Positions 49,013 to 58,375 of a stretch of 64,000 bases of DNA are shown piece after piece. Source of the DNA: Candidatus Thorarchaeota archaeon (GTDB lineage Archaea; Asgardarchaeota; Thorarchaeia; Thorarchaeales; Thorarchaeaceae); assembly GCA_048882045.1 (NCBI GenBank), contig JBHLRZ010000001.1, forward strand, positions 160,001-224,000. Reading direction: 5' to 3'. Each line of letters opens with the position of its first letter. The first letter of the stretch is position 1. The position numbers and the translations under genes are program-made. The notes under the pieces are model-generated. The model saw nothing but the letters and a program-made list of their open reading frames with translations. It was not told the DNA's origin and made no database searches.

Positions 49013-49675
49013 GTGGGTACATTTTCAAAATTCTTTGGTTCAGGTGACAAAGATCTTCAAAAGCGAGCTGACGAGTTATTGCTCGAAATAAGTAAAGGAC
49101 TCCAATCATCTAGTGCAAAATTGTGTGTAGGAGCAAATGAGTGGGTTGAGGGGAATATCAAGGTTCTAGAAGAAATCAAGGATGAACTAATTGAACTAGA
49201 ACGTAAAATGGATGCAAAGAAGGAAGAACTGATAGAATGTGTACTGGCAAAGCATGCATATCTTCCTCAACAAACCCAAGAACGACACAAGCTCATTAGA
49301 CTAATGGACAGTGTTATTGATACTGCTGAACATGCTGTTCGTGTGATGTGGATAGGAAGAAAAATGGAACCACCTAAGGAAGTAAAGAATTTGGCAAAAC
49401 TTGTCTGGAAATGTACAGACATGCTTCAAGATGCAGTCAAATATCTCTATAGTGATTTTGACAAATGTGTGGAGTATACTCGAGAGGTTGATAGAACAAG
49501 GGAAGAAGCAAGAGACCTTCAATTCAAAATCATTGAAGAGCTCTTCACTGAATCAAAGTATAAACCTAATGAGATACATCTTTTCAGCGAGGTTTCACAC
49601 TGGATTGTGAAAGTAGCCGTTCAATCTGAGGACACAGGGGATTTCCTTAGAGAACTTGCGGTTAAGTACTCCTAG
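49013..49675 (+). CDS. DUF47/PhoU-like phosphate transport regulator
   Basis: E...D / D...D..E helical repeats; directly upstream of PiT. Confidence 0.82.
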   Translation: MGTFSKFFGSGDKDLQKRADELLLEISKGLQSSSAKLCVGANEWVEGNIKVLEEIKDELIELERKMDAKKEELIECVLAKHAYLPQQTQERHKLIRLMDSVIDTAEHAVRVMWIGRKMEPPKEVKNLAKLVWKCTDMLQDAVKYLYSDFDKCVEYTREVDRTREEARDLQFKIIEELFTESKYKPNEIHLFSEVSHWIVKVAVQSEDTGDFLRELAVKYS

Positions 49676-50721
49676 TGGGAGGATTTTGTTCAGTGGATCC
49701 TCTACTACTACTAGCTGTTCTTGTCCTTGGCTTTGTTGTTGCATTTGCGATAGGTGGCAATGATGAGGCAATGGCTCCTGCAGTGGGGGCTAGAATTTTC
49801 TCTCTTAATATAGCAGTCACACTTGGAGGTTTACTGAGTATTATTGGAGCAGTAACACTTGGAGGAAATGTATCTGAAAAGGTAGGTTCGGATCTTGTTT
49901 CGCAACAGACAATGACTCCGAGTATGGTCTTTGCAGTGCTTGTATCCATGGCAATATGGTTGCTAATTGCGTCAGTCACCAAGGGGCTCCCAATAAGTAC
50001 GACGCAATGTATAGTTGGGTCTGTGATAGGGGTGGCTGTAGTTGCACCATTTCTTGGTGAACCAGGATGGGGATTCGAAGTTGTTTCTTGGTTCGTCGTT
50101 CTGGAAGTGTTTTTGGGATGGATCATATCTCCTGTGGTAGGATTCCTAATAGCTGCAGTTGTATTCTGGTTTGTTAGAAGGTTGCAGAAAAGAGTAACAG
50201 GTCTTGCTGGACGTGAGAGACAGGAAAGAATGGCAGCATACGGACTAGCCATCTTTTTGACGATAACAAGTTTGAGTAGAGGGGGAAATGATGTCGCAAA
50301 CGCAGTTGCACCACTAGTGACAATACCAGATTTTGCGGCTCCAATAAACCTTGGACCATTCATCTTACCAGGTATTGTGATTCCGTTATTTGTGGGAGGG
50401 CTGGGAATGGCAATCGGTCTGATTGTGGTTGGTCGAAAAGTCATCAAAGTTCTTGCTACAGAAGTTGTTACGTTGACTCCCACCTCAGCATTAGCTGCAT
50501 CGATATCTGTAGCTTTGGTAATGCTCATAGGAACATACATGGGGTTCCCACTAAGTGGAACTCACGTATTGGTGGCAGCTCTGATTGCGGTTGGATGGGT
50601 TGCTCAGACTCCTGTTCAGACAAATCAGGTCAAGGAGATTTTAGTTTCATGGGTGATTACTGTACCAATATCAGCAATCTTTGGAGTCATTCTATATGCA
50701 TGTATAACACCATTCTTCTGA
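49675..50721 (+). CDS. Inorganic phosphate transporter, PiT family
   Basis: GGND and GGNDVAN signatures, GLPISTT, GFPLSGTH. Confidence 0.92.
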   Translation: MGGFCSVDPLLLLAVLVLGFVVAFAIGGNDEAMAPAVGARIFSLNIAVTLGGLLSIIGAVTLGGNVSEKVGSDLVSQQTMTPSMVFAVLVSMAIWLLIASVTKGLPISTTQCIVGSVIGVAVVAPFLGEPGWGFEVVSWFVVLEVFLGWIISPVVGFLIAAVVFWFVRRLQKRVTGLAGRERQERMAAYGLAIFLTITSLSRGGNDVANAVAPLVTIPDFAAPINLGPFILPGIVIPLFVGGLGMAIGLIVVGRKVIKVLATEVVTLTPTSALAASISVALVMLIGTYMGFPLSGTHVLVAALIAVGWVAQTPVQTNQVKEILVSWVITVPISAIFGVILYACITPFF

Positions 50722-50737
50722 GAAGGTAGTTATCTGT

Positions 50738-51493
50738 TCAAGAAGGCATCTCAGGAACTTTGTGGATCAGGAGATAGTTCTTCGCCATTCTTCCGAGGTC
50801 TTCAGCTTCATTGATAGATAGATGAACTCGTGGTCCAGTAGGCGTTTCTCTCCTTGTTGCCTCAATGATTGCTAGGTCAGCATCACGAACAACAGCCTCT
50901 GCACCAGCACATAGACGAGTGTCACCTGTGTATGCTACAACGGTTCCACCGATTTGAACCCTAAATCCTAATGCTGGGTCTAGAACTTCCTCATTTGGAT
51001 GCGCTTCAAGTGAGTAATGCTCAACTTCGACCGATTTCACTTTGAAGAAGTCTGTGTCAAATCCAGATCCCTCTGTCATCTCATGATACCAAATCTTGAA
51101 GGGAAGCCTCTCCTTGTAGGCTTCTCTGAATCCCTTGATTAGACTAATTGCTTCTGTGCAATCACTAGGGATTAGAATATTGAGAGTTTCTTTTCGATTC
51201 AACATCTGCATAAATCCTAGCAGTGCGTGAAGACCACCAACATGGTCGAAATGGCCATGGGAGATAGCAATTAGATCAATCGCCTCAACAAAATTTGTAT
51301 TTCCAGACTTGAGCAAGTCTCTCAGAACACCGTCGCCTATATCGAGCAACATAATTCGTCCAGTGAATCTTGAAGTCAGGACAATCGTTGTAGCCACTCC
51401 TGCTGCGCTAAATGGAATATCTACTTGAACTTCATCATTATTCCAATGAGATTCATACTTGTTATCTATCAACGGATCCAACCCATCTTGCAT
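50738..51493 (-). CDS. Metallo-beta-lactamase fold hydrolase, RNase Z-like
   Basis: D.G.G, SHGHFDHVGG, YTGDT, EAT, H.S, LIH. Confidence 0.82.
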   Translation of the reverse strand: MQDGLDPLIDNKYESHWNNDEVQVDIPFSAAGVATTIVLTSRFTGRIMLLDIGDGVLRDLLKSGNTNFVEAIDLIAISHGHFDHVGGLHALLGFMQMLNRKETLNILIPSDCTEAISLIKGFREAYKERLPFKIWYHEMTEGSGFDTDFFKVKSVEVEHYSLEAHPNEEVLDPALGFRVQIGGTVVAYTGDTRLCAGAEAVVRDADLAIIEATRRETPTGPRVHLSINEAEDLGRMAKNYLLIHKVPEMPS

Positions 51494-51653
51494 CGTGGCA
51501 TAGTGAAGAATGAATAAATGTATTGAGTGAAGTCCTTTTGTACAAATCGAAACTACAATCCTAGTGGTGAAAACATCGAAAATCTAATTGATTCTCTTGA
51601 AAACCAGATGGACCAAGGAAGTTGAGAGTTTATTTTTATTATCAGTTTTGAAA

Positions 51654-51674
51654 AAACATCAAATTATGATGTTT
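51654..51674. promoter_or_regulatory. Palindrome AAACATCA-N5-TGATGTTT upstream of the NSS transporter
   Basis: Perfect 8-bp arms in the divergent intergenic region; extra half-site AAACATC near 51572. Confidence 0.5.
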
Positions 51675-51760
51675 CAAACCACAAGAAAATCGACCAAAAA
51701 CGACTTATATCACCAATCCTACACACATTTTTGATTTTCACTTCGCGTGAGGTAAACGTG

Positions 51761-53242
51761 ATGGGAGAAGAAACTTCTGTAGAACTTGAAGTAGCCCGTG
51801 AAACTTGGGTTACCCGTATGGGTTTCGTGTTCGCGGTCTGGGGTTCCATGACAGGATTAGGTAACGTCTGGAACTGGCCATTCAAAGTTTCAGTTTTGGG
51901 TGGTGGTCCTTTCGTACTTATCTACATAATCATGCTAGCATTAGTAGGAATTCCTGTTGTGCTGACAGAGTTCGTTCTGGGTTCGACTTTTCGGAGAGGA
52001 TTCCCAGGAGCACTCAAAAGAATTTCGCCAATGGGAGAGTTCCTTGGCTGGTTCTGCCTTGTTAATACAGCAATCCTCACAGCATTCTATACGGTGCTAA
52101 TCGGATATGCTGCAGTCTATGCTGGATATGCAATAACTGGTCTCCAACTCGACGGAGGAATGGGACCGGCTGCATTCACTGACCAACCAGCTTTCTTTGT
52201 CAACATGTTGACGTCGCCAATAGTCCTTGTTGGACTCATTGTGGTTTGGTTAGCTGTATTTATCATCGACTACTTTGGAACCAGGGGTATTGAACGCTCT
52301 GTCATGATACTATTCCCATTGATGTGGATAATCATTATATTCATGGCATTCTGGGGTCTTTCCCAGCCAAATGCATATGAGGGATTAGATTTCTATCTGA
52401 ACCCGGACGTTGATCAGTTTCTAAACCCACAGATGTGGTCAACTGCGGTTTCATTGAGCTTCTTCAAACTTAGTGCAGGAATGGGAGCGTTAACCGCGTA
52501 TGCGAGTTATCTTCCTCGTCGTGGTGAACTTACAAACAGTGCAGTAACAACAAGTCTGCTTGATACTACATTCGCATTTACAGCAGGAATGGCAGTTTTC
52601 ACAATCGCAGCTACCGCAGGTTTTCTCGGTGGAGGTGGTGTGGGCTTCGCATTCATTGCATGGCCGGGAGGAATGGCTATTCCAGGAGGCAATATCTTAG
52701 GATTTGTGTTCTTCCTGATGATGGTATTCCTTGGTGTGACGAGTGCAATCTCATTAGTGGAAGCTATAGTCACTGCTGTGATGGATAAGTTCGGATGGCC
52801 ACGATCAAAGACTGTGATTGCAATCACCCTCATTCTGTTTCTCGGTGGAGTCCCATTCACCTTGTGGATGGAATTACCGGATCCCGCAGGAGCAGGTGAT
52901 GTTGTCTGGGGTCTGTACTTACTTGATATCTTCGACTACTATGTTGAGAATTTTGGTCTTGTTCTAGTAACTCTGTTCATGATGTTAGTCATGGGCTGGG
53001 TCTGGGGTGGAGCAAAGATAGTAGATGCTGCAAACGAAGCTGGGGACTTCAAACTACCTAGTTCGTACAAGTGGATAGTCAAAGTGATTTCACCAGTTGG
53101 TATCATTGTCGCACTTGCATTCATCATTCTCAATGGATTCTATGCAGTCGGAAGTATAATGGAATTAACTGCACCCTTGATTTGGATTGCAATATGTGTC
53201 GTAATTGCGGCTATATTATGGCGTATGAAGGGGGTTGACTGA
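51761..53242 (+). CDS. Sodium-dependent transporter, NSS/SNF (LeuT-like) family
   Basis: RETW..R.GF, GLGNVW.WP, GGG.F...Y, FFKLS.G.G...YASY, TSAISL.E. Confidence 0.92.
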   Translation: MGEETSVELEVARETWVTRMGFVFAVWGSMTGLGNVWNWPFKVSVLGGGPFVLIYIIMLALVGIPVVLTEFVLGSTFRRGFPGALKRISPMGEFLGWFCLVNTAILTAFYTVLIGYAAVYAGYAITGLQLDGGMGPAAFTDQPAFFVNMLTSPIVLVGLIVVWLAVFIIDYFGTRGIERSVMILFPLMWIIIIFMAFWGLSQPNAYEGLDFYLNPDVDQFLNPQMWSTAVSLSFFKLSAGMGALTAYASYLPRRGELTNSAVTTSLLDTTFAFTAGMAVFTIAATAGFLGGGGVGFAFIAWPGGMAIPGGNILGFVFFLMMVFLGVTSAISLVEAIVTAVMDKFGWPRSKTVIAITLILFLGGVPFTLWMELPDPAGAGDVVWGLYLLDIFDYYVENFGLVLVTLFMMLVMGWVWGGAKIVDAANEAGDFKLPSSYKWIVKVISPVGIIVALAFIILNGFYAVGSIMELTAPLIWIAICVVIAAILWRMKGVD

Positions 53243-53244
53243 CA

Positions 53245-53469
53245 ATGGGACTAATGGATATCATCTTTGGCCCATATGAGCGATTTGGAATGAGAGGGGG
53301 ATTCATCCTTCTCATCCTGGTCGCTATAGTTGGTGTTGTCTTTGCAGTTTGGATGACGATGATCGGTGCTCAATTGGGAGCTGCCGTGTCATTCATTCTG
53401 GACCTTACCCTAACATATGGCATATTGGTCATGTTCCTGTACATTATGTGGTTGCGTCGCCCCCAGTGA
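53245..53469 (+). CDS. Small 2-TM protein, possible NSS accessory subunit
   Basis: 74 aa, two hydrophobic helices, 2 nt after the NSS stop. Confidence 0.6.
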   Translation: MGLMDIIFGPYERFGMRGGFILLILVAIVGVVFAVWMTMIGAQLGAAVSFILDLTLTYGILVMFLYIMWLRRPQ

Positions 53470-53521
53470 CACATACCACATACCCCCCTTTTTTTAAGTA
53501 GGGTTTGGATGTTCATAAAAC

Positions 53522-53938
53522 ATGTCAAAAGGACTAGAGCTACTCACAGGAAAGGTGCGGAGAAGGAGATATAGATACTATACTTTTGGTATAATCACTA
53601 TCATTGCACTTGCTCTTGCAGGACTAACCGGATATATGATCTATGGTGCCACTGAGGCAGGTTGGTCAGCTATTCAATCAAGTTTGTTTCTTTCCTTTGC
53701 TATACTCCTGCTGTTTCTAGTACCTACTAGAGATATGAGGCGTGCAGAAGCAATCATAATTCTTGCATCAGAGCATGGGGGAACTCTTCAGGTCGAAACT
53801 ATTCAACAAGAGTTGGGACTTCCGAAAGACAAGGGAACCCAGCTGCTCGACTGGATGGTCAAACAGAAGATGGCTGAAAAACGTGAACAAACAAAACGAT
53901 ACGTCTTTCCGGAAATGCGTCGTGGGCGGGATGAATGA
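53522..53938 (+). CDS. 2-TM membrane protein with C-terminal winged-helix-like domain
   Basis: Two TMs then HGGTLQVETIQQELGL......LLDWMVKQKMA...YVFP. Confidence 0.6.
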   Translation: MSKGLELLTGKVRRRRYRYYTFGIITIIALALAGLTGYMIYGATEAGWSAIQSSLFLSFAILLLFLVPTRDMRRAEAIIILASEHGGTLQVETIQQELGLPKDKGTQLLDWMVKQKMAEKREQTKRYVFPEMRRGRDE

Positions 53939-53964
53939 GAAACTAGTCCTCCCTACCAGCTTTA

Positions 53965-55080
53965 TCATAGCTTTGATGCGAGTACTTCATCATAATCTAT
54001 CAGTTCATTGACTTTCTTGAATTTCTTCTTCTTTCCCTTTCTATCCAACCACTCGCCCTCGATGTCAATGATACGTTCAGTTCCCTCTTCAGCAATTCTT
54101 ACTCGAGACCAATTCCAATATTCGAGGGTGCCCTTGTTGAGTGTGATTGATACTGAGGTTTTGGAAGTATCATAGCCAATTGTGATCTTGGTACGGTTGC
54201 CAAAGTCAAGATCATGTATTCTTTCTTCAATCTGACCATTCTCATTTGTATGCTTGATGCTGATGTATGCTCCGAAAGCCTCGTGTATGTGCCCAACTAG
54301 GACTAGTAACGGACGATATTCGTCTGCGACCTCACGAAGAGATGTGCTTCCTTTACTCTCCCCCCATAGATGAGGAGGTACTCCAAATCGTCCAAGTCTA
54401 TCTCTCATTTCATATGGAGGACTATGAGTGGCAATAATTGTATTCTGAGCTTTTACGTTTGTCCGGGAAATTGCATCTTCTATCGCCCACTTAAGATTCT
54501 CTTCTGATCTTTCTCCTGGGAATGTGTGATTGATGGGATTTGATCCCTCTACTCCAATATATCTGAAGCCTTTTTCTTCAAATATACCTCCAGGCCAAGT
54601 TTCTCTCTTGCTTTGAAGATCCATATAGATTTCATCAGGATGGATATTATCAATACGAGACTTTTCAGACTTGTCGCAACCAATGTCATGCAACTGATCC
54701 GATCCAATTGCTTCTATCGCATCAGCAGTGGTGCCAAACATCTCGTAATTACCTGCGATACAAATTGTGGGAGCAGGAGAGGACTCTAGAGTACTCAAAA
54801 GATCTGTCAATTTTTCAACTGTATCTTTAGCAATCAAAGATAGATCAGCCCTAGCCTTAAGGTATGCAGGCTCAGCTAAATAGTCACCATCAAAAACCAG
54901 AATATCAGGAATGCAATTCCTCAGATTTTCCAAGAGGAGGTTGACCTTACCTTTCTCTTCATGCGGATCACCACTCCCAGCAAATTCTAAAGTCTTATTC
55001 TGCTCCAGATATGCTTCTATATCTTCAACTTTGAAAGAGGACTTTTTCCCACGTCTGAAACTCATAGATATACGCCTCAT
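53965..55080 (-). CDS. Calcineurin-like metallophosphoesterase
   Basis: GDPH, DGD, GNYE, THSPP, GHIHE. Confidence 0.82.
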   Translation of the reverse strand: MRRISMSFRRGKKSSFKVEDIEAYLEQNKTLEFAGSGDPHEEKGKVNLLLENLRNCIPDILVFDGDYLAEPAYLKARADLSLIAKDTVEKLTDLLSTLESSPAPTICIAGNYEMFGTTADAIEAIGSDQLHDIGCDKSEKSRIDNIHPDEIYMDLQSKRETWPGGIFEEKGFRYIGVEGSNPINHTFPGERSEENLKWAIEDAISRTNVKAQNTIIATHSPPYEMRDRLGRFGVPPHLWGESKGSTSLREVADEYRPLLVLVGHIHEAFGAYISIKHTNENGQIEERIHDLDFGNRTKITIGYDTSKTSVSITLNKGTLEYWNWSRVRIAEEGTERIIDIEGEWLDRKGKKKKFKKVNELIDYDEVLASKL

Positions 55081-55189
55081 ATGACGGATTTAATATATTC
55101 TATTCAACTTCCTATACTCGACATTGGATTTATCTGTTAGGGAGTGCAACTTGGAGTGATGGCAGCGAGCTTCGTATACTCGTGCTAAG

Positions 55190-55738
55190 GTGAGATATTT
55201 GTCCAACATGAACCAGATATTAATTGACTGCTTTGATGCAAATGGCTTCTATGAGGAGAACTACAAACGTATCATTCTTGTGATGTCAAAACTGACGAAA
55301 TCAAAGCAGTTAGAGAGAGAATGGGTATCCTCTCAAGCAGTTGGCGGAACTTGGGCTAGGTCAATCAGATGCAGCTTTGAAACAGATGCTGATGGGCGAA
55401 GAATTAAACAACTCATGTTAGGCCTTGAATATTGTAGTCTTAATGATGTTCCCGAAGAGATACACCCTAAGAGCAATTCTGAAACATTCAGGTTTGCAGA
55501 CATTGATGTACTCGAGGTTGTGGGAAAAGAAGATAGTGCGAAAAGGAGGATTGCAGGTCGCCTAAAAGTCGGAGAAAGGAAAATTGGAATTGGAGATGTT
55601 CGGGAAGGGGACTCTGATACAGATTTTGTCCTCTCATGCAGGAAAAAGCTAATTGATAGTCTCGATGAATCCTCCCGTCAGGAATTATTTGATCTTGAGA
55701 AACTAATCTATGATGAACTCAGAAAGTCAGTTGTGTAA
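55190..55738 (+). CDS. Hypothetical protein
   Basis: 182-aa ORF filling the gap; no confident family. Confidence 0.55.
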   Translation: MRYLSNMNQILIDCFDANGFYEENYKRIILVMSKLTKSKQLEREWVSSQAVGGTWARSIRCSFETDADGRRIKQLMLGLEYCSLNDVPEEIHPKSNSETFRFADIDVLEVVGKEDSAKRRIAGRLKVGERKIGIGDVREGDSDTDFVLSCRKKLIDSLDESSRQELFDLEKLIYDELRKSVV

Positions 55739-55771
55739 TGTTCTGGTATTCTTGGTTTAAAGAACTGAATG

Positions 55772-55799
55772 AGCTGAGTCATGTTAGACTCAGCTTTTT
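55772..55799. terminator. Hairpin AGCTGAGTC-ATGTTA-GACTCAGCT plus T-tract between convergent genes
   Basis: Perfect 9-bp stem. Confidence 0.6.
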
Positions 55800-55807
55800 C
55801 CTCGTTC

Positions 55808-57046
55808 TCAATCGTAGCCCATAGGATTGAATCTAGCAAGCCATGCCATGAAATATCCAATGAAGACTGAAATGACAAGTCCAACGACTGTCGAGAGGAA
55901 TACGGTTACCAAATCAGGTGTCGCACCACTAAACATCTGCATGAATGACCAGTAGGCACCAGCTATTGTCATCCCTGAAAATGCAACCTTCTTCAGTGGT
56001 ATCTTCACTGTCTTGGTCTGGAGTGCACCCATATCAACAAGTGCTGCAGCAAGTGCTCCAGCCTTGTCAGGCTTGAGCCGCAGCTTCTTGCCCAACTGAC
56101 CAACAGTAACCTTTGACTTGGGTCTCACTACGCTCATAGCTTTCGGAGCATAATCCGCAATGTCATCTGAGAAGTATTGAACAGCTCCACCTGTATCAAT
56201 ACCGCACTTCCCACAATTGGGAGCATCCTTCCTCCATTTCTTCCCGCATTTCGGACAGCGTTTTCCGTCCCATGAGCTACTTGCTGCCGTACTCACTCGT
56301 CTTTTGAGTTCCTCCTTGTCAATCGTTTCTCCACCCTTCTTGGGTTTTCTTCGAAGAACGACTGCTCGTGGAAAGATACCGACGTCTGAAGCACTCTTCC
56401 CCCTTCGCATCTTGCTACCAGCCACAATTCCCTGTTGGAACTCGTCAAGTGACATGAGCAATGAGAAACCAGCCATCACAGTGAAACCAACTGTAATGAG
56501 ACCGCTGATAGACATGAGGGCAGCTGTACCTGTGGGCCCAATCTGAAGGACGAAATCCTCAGACACAGTTCCATTCACTGTAGGTGTTGTTTCATTTGCA
56601 TAAGTAAAGGAGAAGGTTCCGATGATAGTCCCTGAGATTAGACTGAGGTTTCCAAAACCAAGGAGTGAACCCAGAGGAATTGATGTATTCAGAAGACTCT
56701 CTGTGTGATTATCCGGCAAAAGTGGCACAGCACTCAAATCAAACGGCTGATTGATTATTGGGAACCCTAGATAGACCATCGTAAATTGCCCCGATCGCAG
56801 ATAGAGACTATTGCCAGTAGCTATTGTCAGCTCAAGAGTCAAATCAGCAGACAGATCTAGCAAAGGAATTGGGTTTGCTAAATCAGAATCAGCAGCGTTT
56901 ATTCCATTGACTTCCAACAAGAAGCCAAGACTATTGTTTCCACTCCATCCCGCAGGAGGTGCAGCTTGGACCGAGGTCAGACTTGCTGACCATAGGAAAC
57001 ATGTAATTGTAAACATAACAAATAGATGTAGGAGAGTCTTTCTCAA
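55808..57046 (-). CDS. Membrane protein: extracellular domain, TM, cytoplasmic zinc ribbon, two C-terminal TMs
   Basis: Signal peptide, NxS/T-rich ectodomain, CPKCG...CGKCG, basic cytoplasmic region. Confidence 0.68.
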   Translation of the reverse strand: MRKTLLHLFVMFTITCFLWSASLTSVQAAPPAGWSGNNSLGFLLEVNGINAADSDLANPIPLLDLSADLTLELTIATGNSLYLRSGQFTMVYLGFPIINQPFDLSAVPLLPDNHTESLLNTSIPLGSLLGFGNLSLISGTIIGTFSFTYANETTPTVNGTVSEDFVLQIGPTGTAALMSISGLITVGFTVMAGFSLLMSLDEFQQGIVAGSKMRRGKSASDVGIFPRAVVLRRKPKKGGETIDKEELKRRVSTAASSSWDGKRCPKCGKKWRKDAPNCGKCGIDTGGAVQYFSDDIADYAPKAMSVVRPKSKVTVGQLGKKLRLKPDKAGALAAALVDMGALQTKTVKIPLKKVAFSGMTIAGAYWSFMQMFSGATPDLVTVFLSTVVGLVISVFIGYFMAWLARFNPMGYD

Positions 57047-57100
57047 TTGTTTAGTACCTCCTCAAGGCGCGATTCTAGAGCCTCACGGGAAATTACACCT

Positions 57101-57514
57101 TTAACTCTTGTTGGACTTGTATTTGCCTGATAAAGCATCTTCAATTTCTCTATCAAATGCCTCATCGTCATCATCGGGTTCATGGATAATATGACTCTCT
57201 TTGGGTTTTTCCGGGGTGGGAGCCCAGTTTGAAACAGCTCCGAGAACATATCCTCCAAAGTATGACAGAACTATGAAAATCACTTCGAAGGTAGTCAGAA
57301 GAATCCAGTAATTCATTATGAGAAATGCAGTAATGACTCCAGCGAATATACTTGAAATGATTCCCATTCCAATCCTGTCAATTGCTCTGAATCTCTCATA
57401 TCCTCCAAAGTAATAACCAAGACCGAGACCAATGAGTACTCCAGGAACTCCGAGGATAGCCATTTCGAGAGTGGGCGGCGCTTGCATCAATTCTCCTCCG
57501 TTTTTCAGAATCAT
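57101..57514 (-). CDS. Small 3-TM membrane protein with acidic C-tail
   Basis: Three hydrophobic segments, EPDDDDEAFDREIEDAL. Confidence 0.65.
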   Translation of the reverse strand: MILKNGGELMQAPPTLEMAILGVPGVLIGLGLGYYFGGYERFRAIDRIGMGIISSIFAGVITAFLIMNYWILLTTFEVIFIVLSYFGGYVLGAVSNWAPTPEKPKESHIIHEPDDDDEAFDREIEDALSGKYKSNKS

Positions 57515-57557
57515 TTGGTTATTGATTTCATTAAAACTTTCACATTAATGATAGTCG

Positions 57558-58100
57558 TTACCAACCATTCCAGTGTACTATCTCAGACAGCTCACGTCTC
57601 GTTCTAGGCCTGTTTTCCTTTTCTCTTGTCCTTTCATCAAGCATCTCAGAATCTCCCTCGTAGCCGATGAAGACGACGGTCACGATCCGATACTCATCAG
57701 GAATTCCAGTCAACTCTTTCAATAACTCCTCATTCCAGCCCGCAGTTGGATGTCCTATGAGACCCAGATGAACAGTCTGAAGCAACATGTTCTCGACAGC
57801 AAGTCCCACATCCATCATGAAGTATGGCAGGCCATGTGATGGACATCCTCCATCTTCTTTCGCAGCTACAAGAATCATGATAGGTGCAGCTTTAGCGTAT
57901 GCATTACCTCTACTCAATGCTTGATGTGCTTTTGTTAAGATTTCAGTGTCGCGGAGAACGATGAAATTCCACGCTTGTTTATTCATGCAAGAAGGTGCCC
58001 ATCTACCAGCTTCGAGAATTGATTCAACCATCTCATCAGAAACAGGTCTGTCTGAAAAAGCACGTCCACTTCGCCTTTTCCTAATTTCTTCTAGAATCAA
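57558..58100 (-). CDS. Nitroreductase family protein
   Basis: RRSGRAF, APSCMNKQ.W, D.G.A.EN..L, R.R..L. Confidence 0.9.
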   Translation of the reverse strand: MILEEIRKRRSGRAFSDRPVSDEMVESILEAGRWAPSCMNKQAWNFIVLRDTEILTKAHQALSRGNAYAKAAPIMILVAAKEDGGCPSHGLPYFMMDVGLAVENMLLQTVHLGLIGHPTAGWNEELLKELTGIPDEYRIVTVVFIGYEGDSEMLDERTREKENRPRTRRELSEIVHWNGW

Positions 58101-58127
58101 AAATTACTCCCACAAATATTCAGTTAC

Positions 58128-58295
58128 TTACTCTTTTACTTCCATTACAGTTCCACAGTGCTCTGGAATGTCTTGATGACCACAAGTAGGACCCATCCAG
58201 CAAACTAACTGGTCTCCTTCCATGTGCATTTCCTTTCCGCAATGAACTGGAACTGAAACTTCTTTCCCGCATTTCGGGCATACTAATTGTCCCAT
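58128..58295 (-). CDS. 55-aa two-repeat Cys/His metal-binding protein (desulforedoxin-like); below the ORF-track cutoff
   Basis: MGQLVCPKCGKEVSVPVHCGKEMHMEGDQLVCWMGPTCGHQDIPEHCGTVMEVKE; GGTGAT RBS at 58301..58306. Confidence 0.8.
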   Translation of the reverse strand: MGQLVCPKCGKEVSVPVHCGKEMHMEGDQLVCWMGPTCGHQDIPEHCGTVMEVKE

Positions 58296-58375
58296 TTCGT
58301 ATCACCTATCGAGTCAAGAACTCGATTCCATCCCTGATTTGTATTAACTATATTTAACATTGTTGATGGATGAAT

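Noticed and set aside
49662-50540. 292-aa minus-strand ORF
   Set aside because: Antisense shadow of the PiT gene with no recognisable motifs; the same applies to the many short overlapping ORFs in the track
55190-55738. CitX-like assignment from LE...RFADIDV
   Set aside because: Similarity is limited to one short motif and there are no citrate lyase genes nearby; left as hypothetical
58120-58305. 61-aa ORF listed in the track
   Set aside because: Wrong frame; the 55-aa Cys/His ORF at 58128..58295 has the RBS and repeat structure
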